Source: an uncultured Clostridia bacterium (GTDB taxonomy: Bacteria > Bacillota > Clostridia > Christensenellales > UBA1242). From it: a stretch of 64,000 nt of DNA. Numbering within the stretch: position 1 is the first letter of the stretch; every line of letters starts with the position of its first letter. Shown in pieces: positions 1 to 8,256 of this stretch. Location of the stretch: the NCBI GenBank assembly GCA_937895935.1, contig CALBKX010000004.1:99-64098 (forward strand). Direction: 5' to 3'. The position numbers and the translations under genes are program-made. Below the pieces are notes generated by a model. That model saw nothing but the letters and a program-made list of their open reading frames with translations, was not told where the DNA came from and made no database searches.

Positions 1-142
1 TGCGGTTAGCATCTAAAATTTGACACGTTCAAATTTTAATATCACATAGTTTAAAAGTATAAATGTTTTCCATATGGATATGCTTTTAGCCGGCGATAAG
101 CATAGCATTAAGGTTAAAAATTTAGTAGGGGAGTGTTTGATA

Positions 143-361
143 ATGAATTTCTTTAATAATTTATTTGGTGGCAGAGGCGACAAATGTGGCTCTGGAATGG
201 ATTGTTGCACATTGTTATTACTATACATATTAATTTCTCAATGCGGATGCAATTTTAACATTTGCGACATATTTAATAGTGACTTAGTAAAAATATTCTT
301 GCTTATTTATTTACTTTCTTCTTGCTGTGGCTGCAATGATGGTTGTGGTTGCAGAGGCTAA
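143..361 (+). CDS. small cysteine-rich hydrophobic protein (72 aa, 11 Cys in CC/CGC/CGCNDGCGC clusters)
   Basis: Lies inside track ORF 74..361. The ATG at 143 is preceded by GGGGAG about 10 nt upstream. A stem-loop terminator follows at 432..466. I recognise no domain, only the high-cysteine composition. Confidence 0.5.
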   Translation: MNFFNNLFGGRGDKCGSGMDCCTLLLLYILISQCGCNFNICDIFNSDLVKIFLLIYLLSSCCGCNDGCGCRG

Positions 362-431
362 CATTTAAGTACATATTAAAATTAATTGTAAAAAATTGAA
401 GTATAAAAATTTCTATATGATTATACAAAAA

Positions 432-466
432 CAAGGCAAAATTTGATTAAATTTTGCCTTGTTTTT
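432..466 (+). terminator. intrinsic terminator
   Basis: CAAGGCAAAAT / ATTTTGCCTTG forms an 11-bp stem followed by TTTTT. Confidence 0.7.
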
Positions 467-567
467 AGTATTGACAAGTGATATGCAGATTTGTTTTAAG
501 TTTTAACAAACATTAAAGTATGTTGCATTGAATTGAAATTTGTGATATATCTAAATAAAGGTGTTTT

Positions 568-1210
568 ATGAAAAATTTTATTAAAGAAATCAAAATTAAA
601 AAAGAATTAAAAAGATTTGAAAATTTTAAAAAACAATACAAGTTTAATCAAAAAGAAATAATAGAAAAAAAATAGTGCTTTATTTTGTGATGGGGTTTGT
701 ATTAGAGAAAATAAAGATAATGATTTTATTGGGGAAAGTGAAAATTTTGTAAATGTGGGTTATAAATTACATGATTCTCTTCCTAAAGTGTTGTCTAATT
801 TGTTTCCTTATGAGTTTTATTTCAGGGGTTATAAACTTCATTCCATTGAAAGTTTTTTTCAAGGCATTAAATTTAAAAATAAAAAAGCACAAAGAGAAGT
901 ATTTAAATTAAGCGGATTGGATTCTAATAATATAAAATCCGCACAAGATTATAACTGGAAAGATGATGGTAAGATATTTTTTATGGGTATACCATATTTG
1001 AGAGATAGTGACGATTATGAATTATTAGTTGATGAATTATATATAAGCTTATTACAAAATCCGTTATATGTTGATTCATTAAAAAAAGTTGGTGACAAAT
1101 ATATTTTGCATGCAATGGGAGAGGTTAACAAAACTGAAACAGTATTTACAAGATTTGAATTTGAAAAAGAATTAAATTGCTTGAAGGAATATTGTATAAA
1201 GTATAAATAG
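568..1210 (+). pseudogene. NADAR (YbiA-like) family gene split by a frameshift in an A8 run
   Basis: ATG at 568 has an AAAGGTG RBS and opens a 35-codon ORF ending TAG at 673..675. The NADAR-like frame (LSNLFPYEF..G..HSIESFFQGIKF) is open from 665 and reaches 1210, but its first start codon is GTG at 755, inside the domain. The two frames meet in the A8 run at 665..672; removing one A fuses them. Confidence 0.55.
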
Positions 1211-1346
1211 AGATTAATGGATATTGTTTAAAGCAATGAGAAAATAATTACAAAATACGATTGTGAAAAAATTATTTAGTTATAAATGCATTTTTAATAA
1301 AAATTTAAAAAATAATGAAGTTATCTTAAAATTTTTGTTTTTTAGT

Positions 1347-1388
1347 CAAAGCAAAATCTCTAAAAGGAAATTTTGCTTTGTTTTTTTT
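1347..1388 (+). terminator. intrinsic terminator
   Basis: CAAAGCAAAAT / ATTTTGCTTTG forms an 11-bp stem followed by T8. Confidence 0.7.
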
Positions 1389-1801
1389 GTTTTTTTCTGT
1401 AAAAATAGTGCAAAAACGACAAAATATCTTAACATAACAATAGTCTTTTTTCACACAATATTTTTGACGAGATAAGGGGGTTATGTATTTTAATGTTGTT
1501 TTAAAACAGTTTTTTTCTTATTTACTTTGTTGTTTTTTAATTTCTTTAAAGTTGCCTAAAACAAATAATGCAAAGTAAATTAAAGTGGTTTAAATTCGTT
1601 GACATTTAATTTGTTATAGTATAAACTATGTGATGTTAATTTGTTATTATATTAACAAATCAGTTTGCAATATGCAAATCCGTAAAAAATAACGGCATCT
1701 TAGTTTATAAAATTATGTTGATGTTGACAAATGCCACAAGTAGTGTCTTTATGCTAAAATAAACTTATGTCGTTTAAAAAATATTTTCTTAGGAGAACAA
1801 T

Positions 1802-4800
1802 ATGAAAAAATCAATAAAGAGAACAGCAGCAGCCGTATTAGCAGTAGCAACAACTGCAGGAATTGCAAGTACAACATCTCTTTCTTTAACAAAAACAAGT
1901 TTAAATAACAATAGTAGTTCTGTATTCGCTGAGCCATCTGTGTTGGCAGAACGCAACACTTTAAACATCTCTAAATATAAAAAAGTTGTTAGTTTATATG
2001 GTAGATTTGAATTACCTACTGTTGAATTTGTAAATGATGCAGGAACAACTACTGCAATCACTCAGTTCAAAGTAACAACTCCTATAGGCGAAACTTTTGA
2101 CCAAAATGATGCAAGAATAACTTCTAATGGCTTTGATGTTGATTCTATTGGAACATATACTATTGCATATGAACAAGGTGATTATAAAGGCGAAGTTACT
2201 TTTGAAGTAGAAACATCTAATTATAGTGTTTCTTTAAGAGAAAACACTTCAAATTTGTTGCCTAAAAAAGTTGCAATCAAAAACGAAGATGGCACTGCAT
2301 TCACTAAAGTTTTCAATGTGCCTACTTTTGAAGTTATTGATGAAAATGGAGATGTTGTTGATCAAAACAATTTAATTGTTGAAATTAAACTTACTAAACC
2401 TGATTTTAGTACAGTTGATATTTCTAGTACTAAAACTGTTGTTTTTGACGACACCAACGCTATTCAAGAAGGCAATTATATTGTAACTTATAAAGTATAT
2501 AGCAAAAAAGGTGAAGAAAAAGGCGAGTATTTGTGTGAAACTTCAACTGAATTTAGAGCCGTAACTGAAGATGTTTACAATAATAAATATGATTTAACAT
2601 TAGTTTACGGAAGTGAACTTCCTACAACTGTAAACATAGGAAAAACAGTTGAACTCCCAACAATCACAGCAAAAAATGGTTCAGAAGTTGTGCCTACTTT
2701 CTTTACTGTAAAAGTTTACAAAAATAAAGGCGAACAAAGAACACTTATTAATGAAACAGATGTTATTGAAGGAACAGACAAAAAAATTATCACAAAAAAT
2801 GATAAAGGGGTTTATGAATTCACTGCAGATGAAATTGGTGCATATTACAGAGTAGAATACACCGTTGAAGATGCTTTGGGTAATAAAAAAGAAACTCAAT
2901 TTAACATTACAAATGTTGTTGACACTGAAAATCCAACTCCACTTGTTGTGGACGCATATACAGTTCAAGACGGCAAAGTTGTTGATGCTGACAAGGTTGT
3001 TGATAAAGCATATGATTTAAAATCTATGTTTGGCACAGAAGATGTTGTAATTAAAGCAATTTATGGACAAGACCTTGGAACATTTAATTATTCAGGCTTT
3101 ACTTTTGAAAGAAAAATTGAAAACTCATCTGGTCAAGTTGTTTACTCTAACAATAATAAAGAAGATGCTGGTAAAAACCTTGTGTTTAACCATAGTGAAA
3201 CAGCGCCTGAACTTGATTCAACAAAAAATATTGTTGTTGATAAAAAATTATCAGACGGTTACTATTATGTTTACTATATTGTAACAGATGCAAATGGCAA
3301 AACTGCTCAAGTTGGATATAAATTTACAATCCAAAGCAATTTTGACTGGACTGATAGTACAACATTAAAAGAAATTAAACCAACTGTAACATTCAATGAC
3401 ACTTTCTATTCTTCAGTTGACCTTGGTGAAAAGATTGAATTTAGTAAAGTTACTTTTACCGATGAAAAAGACGAAAGATTAGACACAAGTGTTTACTATA
3501 CTTACACAGTTGGTGGCGTAGAAGGCGACAAACAAACATTAGAACTTGATTCTAATGATAAATATACAATAAACACTAAACAAGCTCCTACTAATGCCGA
3601 AAAAGTTACTATTTATGCTAAAGCCATAAATGACGGCGGAAAAGAAACAATTGAAAAAAGAGAAATTGTTTTAAAATCAGAAATTTTGGGCACTTCTGTT
3701 CCAAAAATTGTTGAAATTGATGATGCAGGCTATTCATATTCTTATGTTCAAAATAAAATTATCACTATTCCAACAATGAAATTTACTGATGGAACTGATT
3801 CAGTGGATTCTTTAAATGCAAGAGTTTCAATTAAATGTACAGATGCAGATGGCAATGTTACTGATGTTCCTGCAAATGATCCTTGTTCTTTTAAAGTTGG
3901 TGGATATTTCATTTATTCTAACACTAAATTTGTTGCAAGCAAGGCAGGTGAATATTTAGTAAGTGTTAGGGTTACAGATGCTGCTGGAAATACAACAATC
4001 AAATTCTTAAAGTATACAGTTACAGATGCTGGTTATGCAGGAAATTTACGTTTTGCTAATTTACCTAATGATGAATTAGAAACTATTTCACTTGGTGATA
4101 AATATAAATTATATGCGGCAACAATCACAGGTACAAACAGTGATAAGTACGATTATTATGTAATGTGTACTAAAGCTGCTGGCGACTATGAATTGTCTAA
4201 TAGTGAATTTAGACCATTGGCAATTGGTGAATATGAAATTAAATATGTAATGTATAATAAATCAAATATTAATGATATTGTAACTGACCAATCAATCACA
4301 TTAAAATTCAATGTAAAAGATGAGGTTGGTCCAGAAATCAATGTAAACTGGGAAACTGAAGCAGTTAAAGCACCTAATGCTACAGAAACTGATAAAACAA
4401 AACAAAGTATTTTACCTGCTTACGAAAAAGGTACAACTATTTTAATTCCAAAATTCTCTGCTAGTGATTTATCTGGTATAGATGTTGAAAAATCAATGAT
4501 TGAAATTAAAACTACAAGTGGCTCTAAGTACAGCACTTCAACAAAAATCAAATACAAAGATATGGTTGAAAAGTACAATAGAGGTCTTGCTGGTGAAACA
4601 AATCAAACTATGTTCTACACATTTGATTATGATGCAGAATATAACATCATTTACACTGCTTATGATAAAAATGGCAATGCTACAACAAAAACTTTCTCAA
4701 TTAAAATTGGGGACTTAATTCCTCCAACATTAACTGTTAAAGATGAAATTGTTAACACTACTTATAAAGCTGGACAAACTTTAACAATTGACCTTGCTGA

Positions 4801-5167
4801 TACTAAAAATTATATAACAGTTAAAGACAACAAAGATGGTATATCAAAAAATGATGTAAAAGTTAAATTAACTCTTAATGGTACTGTAATTAAAAACACA
4901 AATACTGGTGATGATTCAGAAACTAAATATATATTTAATTTAGAAGATGCTGGTGAGTATTCTCTTGAATTTACAGTTACTGATGAAGCGGGTTGGTCAA
5001 CAACAGTTACTAAAACTTTCTCAATTCAAGATAGTTCAAAAGAGGCAAAAACAAGCACTGAAATAATTGGAACAGTATTAATTGTTGCTTCAGTTGTTGT
5101 TTTAGCAGGTGTTATAGTTTACTTCATAATTTCTAAAAAGAAAATGGATAAACTTTACAAAGGTTAA
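1802..5167 (+). CDS. large surface protein with repeated Ig-like (DUF5011/HYR-like) modules, N-terminal signal peptide and C-terminal TM anchor
   Basis: AGGAGA RBS. N-terminal signal sequence AAAVLAVATTAGIAS. Recurring module boundaries (DTENPTPLVV, DEVGPEINV, DLIPPTLTV). C-terminal IIGTVLIVASVVVLAGVIVYFIISKKK. Terminator at 5186..5216. Confidence 0.8.
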   Translation: MKKSIKRTAAAVLAVATTAGIASTTSLSLTKTSLNNNSSSVFAEPSVLAERNTLNISKYKKVVSLYGRFELPTVEFVNDAGTTTAITQFKVTTPIGETFDQNDARITSNGFDVDSIGTYTIAYEQGDYKGEVTFEVETSNYSVSLRENTSNLLPKKVAIKNEDGTAFTKVFNVPTFEVIDENGDVVDQNNLIVEIKLTKPDFSTVDISSTKTVVFDDTNAIQEGNYIVTYKVYSKKGEEKGEYLCETSTEFRAVTEDVYNNKYDLTLVYGSELPTTVNIGKTVELPTITAKNGSEVVPTFFTVKVYKNKGEQRTLINETDVIEGTDKKIITKNDKGVYEFTADEIGAYYRVEYTVEDALGNKKETQFNITNVVDTENPTPLVVDAYTVQDGKVVDADKVVDKAYDLKSMFGTEDVVIKAIYGQDLGTFNYSGFTFERKIENSSGQVVYSNNNKEDAGKNLVFNHSETAPELDSTKNIVVDKKLSDGYYYVYYIVTDANGKTAQVGYKFTIQSNFDWTDSTTLKEIKPTVTFNDTFYSSVDLGEKIEFSKVTFTDEKDERLDTSVYYTYTVGGVEGDKQTLELDSNDKYTINTKQAPTNAEKVTIYAKAINDGGKETIEKREIVLKSEILGTSVPKIVEIDDAGYSYSYVQNKIITIPTMKFTDGTDSVDSLNARVSIKCTDADGNVTDVPANDPCSFKVGGYFIYSNTKFVASKAGEYLVSVRVTDAAGNTTIKFLKYTVTDAGYAGNLRFANLPNDELETISLGDKYKLYAATITGTNSDKYDYYVMCTKAAGDYELSNSEFRPLAIGEYEIKYVMYNKSNINDIVTDQSITLKFNVKDEVGPEINVNWETEAVKAPNATETDKTKQSILPAYEKGTTILIPKFSASDLSGIDVEKSMIEIKTTSGSKYSTSTKIKYKDMVEKYNRGLAGETNQTMFYTFDYDAEYNIIYTAYDKNGNATTKTFSIKIGDLIPPTLTVKDEIVNTTYKAGQTLTIDLADTKNYITVKDNKDGISKNDVKVKLTLNGTVIKNTNTGDDSETKYIFNLEDAGEYSLEFTVTDEAGWSTTVTKTFSIQDSSKEAKTSTEIIGTVLIVASVVVLAGVIVYFIISKKKMDKLYKG

Positions 5168-5185
5168 TACAAAATTTGACAAATA

Positions 5186-5216
5186 AAATTCCAGTTTTAC
5201 TACTGGAATTTTTTTG
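5186..5216 (+). terminator. intrinsic terminator
   Basis: AAATTCCAGT / ACTGGAATTT stem followed by a T-run. Confidence 0.7.
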
Positions 5217-5242
5217 ATTAATTTTTTATTTTTTGATATTAT
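5214..5242 (+). promoter_or_regulatory. promoter with extended -10 placed for a leaderless transcript
   Basis: TTGATT (5214..5219), 17 nt spacer including TG, then TATTAT (5237..5242). The ATG at 5249 starts 6 nt after the -10 box. No SD sequence. Confidence 0.45.
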
Positions 5243-5248
5243 ATACAT

Positions 5249-5755
5249 ATGAAGAGTAATATTGTCCTAGTTGGACTTGATTATATTTTTGTTAAAAAAA
5301 TGGCAGATAATTTATCTGCTAGTTTAGATATGTTCTATCTAGACATTGAGGATTTAATAAGGTATAATTTTAAAGACGAGGAAGATACTATTTCAAAGGT
5401 AGGCTATGATTATTACAATAAACAGATTAAAAAACTTGTATTTAGTGCAAGCACTTATGAAAATACAATTATAAATTGTCCTTATGATTTATTATTAAAT
5501 AATGAAATTTGGCAAAAATTAAAACAATCAGCTACAATAGTTTTTGTTGACATCCCTAAAGCGATATTGACAAAATTAAATGATAATTATCCTACTACGC
5601 AAAAAATAGAAGTTCAATTGTTAACTTATAAGGAATTAACTAAAGAAATTAAATCAAAAGCTGACCTTTTTGTAAATTATAGTGGAGAAGATTTAAATGC
5701 TTTCATATATATTTTAAAGGATGCACTTTTAAAATATATGCAAAATTTGTGCTAA
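5249..5755 (+). CDS. shikimate-kinase-like protein with degenerate P-loop
   Basis: The N-terminus NIVLVGLDYIFVKKMADNLS..LDMFYLDIEDLI aligns with the AroK pattern NIxLIGxxGxGKSTxGxxLA..LxxxFxDxD, but the GxxGxGKS Walker A motif is replaced. Confidence 0.45.
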   Translation: MKSNIVLVGLDYIFVKKMADNLSASLDMFYLDIEDLIRYNFKDEEDTISKVGYDYYNKQIKKLVFSASTYENTIINCPYDLLLNNEIWQKLKQSATIVFVDIPKAILTKLNDNYPTTQKIEVQLLTYKELTKEIKSKADLFVNYSGEDLNAFIYILKDALLKYMQNLC

Positions 5756-5967
5756 ATGTGTTTAAATTCAAACTATAGGAAGCAAATTTTGAAAAGAGTT
5801 CAAAATTTATGCTAACGCGTTTGCAAAAATGAAATTTTGCGCTTCCTCGTTTGAATGGACAATAGTTTTGCTTGAAAATGACTGTGTCAATTCCAGACAA
5901 AACTTCCGATAATAAGAACATCTTTATTTTTGTGAAAGATGTTATTAAATTTTAATTGGAGAGAACT

Positions 5968-7926
5968 ATGAATATAAATCAAAAATGTATAAACGAATTA
6001 AGGCTAATGAGTGCAAGTATAATTTCACACGCAAAATCCGGACACACTGGGTCTAGTGTAGGAGCTGTGCCTATTTTATTTGCTTTGTTTAAAGACCATT
6101 ATTTTTATAATCCCAATGATAGTGAATTTTTTGCACGTGACAGATTTGTTTTGTCCGCTGGACACGTAAGTGCATTATATTATAGTTTATTAAACTTATT
6201 TAGTATGGGTGTAAGTGACGAAGATTTAGAAAAGTTTAGAAAATATGGGTCAAACACACCTGGACATCCAGAATACAAAAAAACTAAGTTTGTTGAGGCT
6301 AGTACTGGGCCTTTAGGTCAAGGAGTCGCAAATGCAGTTGGTATGGCTATTGGGCAAACAATGGTCGGGGCGAGATTTAATGCTCAAAAAGCAAACATCA
6401 TTGACAGTTTCACATATTGTTATTGTGGTGATGGTTGTTTGCAAGAAGGTGTCGCACAAGAAGCATGCAGTTTGGCAGGCACTTTAAAGTTAAAAAAATT
6501 AATTTTACTTTATGATGCAAACAATATTACAATTGACGGAAAACTTTCAATTTCAAATACAGAAAATGTTGCTAAAAAGTTTAAAGCAATGAATTGGAAT
6601 GTTATAAAAGTAAAAAACGCCAATAGTTATTTTAATTGCACAAGAGCAATTGCAAAAGCTAAACATTCATCTAAACCTACAATTATAATCTTTAACACAA
6701 CAATAGGTTATGGAACTGCTTATGAAGGAAGTGAAAAAATTCATGGTTTACCTCTTTCTGACAAGGAACTTATTGAATACAAAAATGACCTTTTAATGCC
6801 TAACTTCACAAAATTTTCAAAAGAAGTAAAAGACTATTGCTTTAGATCAGTTAGATACAACAAAATATATCTTGAAAAATGGAAACGTATGTATTGCCTT
6901 TATGAACAAACGCATCCAGAACTTTGTAGGCAATTTGAAAGTTTTATAGGCGAAAAAGAAATAGATGTTTTAAAACTTTTAAAAAATGACATTTTAGAGG
7001 AGAGTTTAAGTAGTAGAGAAGCCAGTGGCCTTATTTTAAAAGAATTAATGAATAAACTTCCACGTTTTGTAGGCGGAACTGCTGACCTTGCTCCTTCAGT
7101 TAAAGCGTATGTACAAGAAGCGGGAGATTACAGTTTTACAAATCAAAGAGGAAAGAATATACATTTTGGAATACGTGAGCATGCAATGGGGGCAATTTGC
7201 AATGGGTTAAGTTTATATTTGAAAGGACCCGTATTTTGTTCAACATTTTTGGCTTTTTCAAACTATATGTTGCCACCAATTAGAATGAGCGCTTTAATGA
7301 GTTTGCCTGTTCTTTATCTCTTTTCACACGATAGTTATAAGATTGGAGAAGATGGACCTACTCATCAACCTATTGAACAACTTGGACAACTAAGATTAAT
7401 TCCTAATTTAAACGTATTTAGGCCAGCTGACACAAATGAACTTTTAAATTGTTATAAATTGGCATTATCATATGAAATGCCAAGTGCATTTGCGTTAACA
7501 AGGCAAAATTTAAATTGTGTAACTCTTGGTGCAAAAAACATATTAAAAGGTGGCTATGTTCTTTCTGGGACAAAAGGTGATGTTACAATTCTTTCAAGTG
7601 GAAGCGAAGTAAGTTTAGCTCTTGATGTAGCAAAAGAACTAAAACAACAAGGAATAAAATGCGAAGTTTGTTCTTTCCCTTGTTTGAATATATTTGATAA
7701 ACAATCGGAAAGTTATAAAAAATCCGTTCTTGAAGGTTCAAAACACAAGGTTGTCATTGAAGCATCAAATGATAATTCGTGGTACAAATATTTAAGCGAT
7801 AACGATTTATTTGTTGGCGTTAATCAATTTGGTGTAAGTGCAAATGAACAGGATTTGGATAAACATTTTGGATTTACTATTAGCAATATTACTAAAAAAA
7901 TAAAAAATTTGGTTAAAAAATTATAA
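5968..7926 (+). CDS. tkt: transketolase
   Basis: Motifs SGHTGSS, GPLGQG, GDGCLQEGV and EDGPTHQPIEQL. The start is taken at ATG 5968 (GGAGAG RBS) rather than TTG 5956. Confidence 0.95.
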   Translation: MNINQKCINELRLMSASIISHAKSGHTGSSVGAVPILFALFKDHYFYNPNDSEFFARDRFVLSAGHVSALYYSLLNLFSMGVSDEDLEKFRKYGSNTPGHPEYKKTKFVEASTGPLGQGVANAVGMAIGQTMVGARFNAQKANIIDSFTYCYCGDGCLQEGVAQEACSLAGTLKLKKLILLYDANNITIDGKLSISNTENVAKKFKAMNWNVIKVKNANSYFNCTRAIAKAKHSSKPTIIIFNTTIGYGTAYEGSEKIHGLPLSDKELIEYKNDLLMPNFTKFSKEVKDYCFRSVRYNKIYLEKWKRMYCLYEQTHPELCRQFESFIGEKEIDVLKLLKNDILEESLSSREASGLILKELMNKLPRFVGGTADLAPSVKAYVQEAGDYSFTNQRGKNIHFGIREHAMGAICNGLSLYLKGPVFCSTFLAFSNYMLPPIRMSALMSLPVLYLFSHDSYKIGEDGPTHQPIEQLGQLRLIPNLNVFRPADTNELLNCYKLALSYEMPSAFALTRQNLNCVTLGAKNILKGGYVLSGTKGDVTILSSGSEVSLALDVAKELKQQGIKCEVCSFPCLNIFDKQSESYKKSVLEGSKHKVVIEASNDNSWYKYLSDNDLFVGVNQFGVSANEQDLDKHFGFTISNITKKIKNLVKKL

Positions 7927-8007
7927 TTTTATGAATATTTTTACAATTTTTACACAAATTATGTATGGAAAAGAAAAAAATGATTAATAATTTCTTATTC
8001 CTAGAGC

Positions 8008-8041
8008 AAAAAGCAAGTGATTTGTTTACTTGCTTTTTTTG
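8008..8041 (+). terminator. intrinsic terminator
   Basis: AAAAAGCAAGT / ACTTGCTTTTT stem followed by a T-run. Confidence 0.7.
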
Positions 8042-8256
8042 CATTTTTTAAAAAATCTATTTTAGATTTTACAATAAAGTGGTATACTTAATTATGGTAA
8101 AAATTAAAAAAAGAAAATTATTAAAAAACAATTTTGTGTTATAAAAGCACAGTTAAAATTTTTGTACTTTTTAGTAGAAACAGCCATTTTGCGGGAAATT
8201 AAATTAAAAAGTAAATTTTTAAAGGAAATGCAAAGTTTTGCCTTGAGGTAAATGAT

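Noticed and set aside
1263-1475. Track ORF of 70 aa.
   Set aside because: It has a GTG start with no RBS and spans a clear intrinsic terminator (1347..1388) and T-runs. This is AT-rich intergenic noise.
7927-8256. A LexA (Cheo box, GAAC-N4-GTTC) site upstream of uvrA; the region upstream of pcrA was also checked.
   Set aside because: No GAAC-N4-GTTC match was found in either upstream region by eye.
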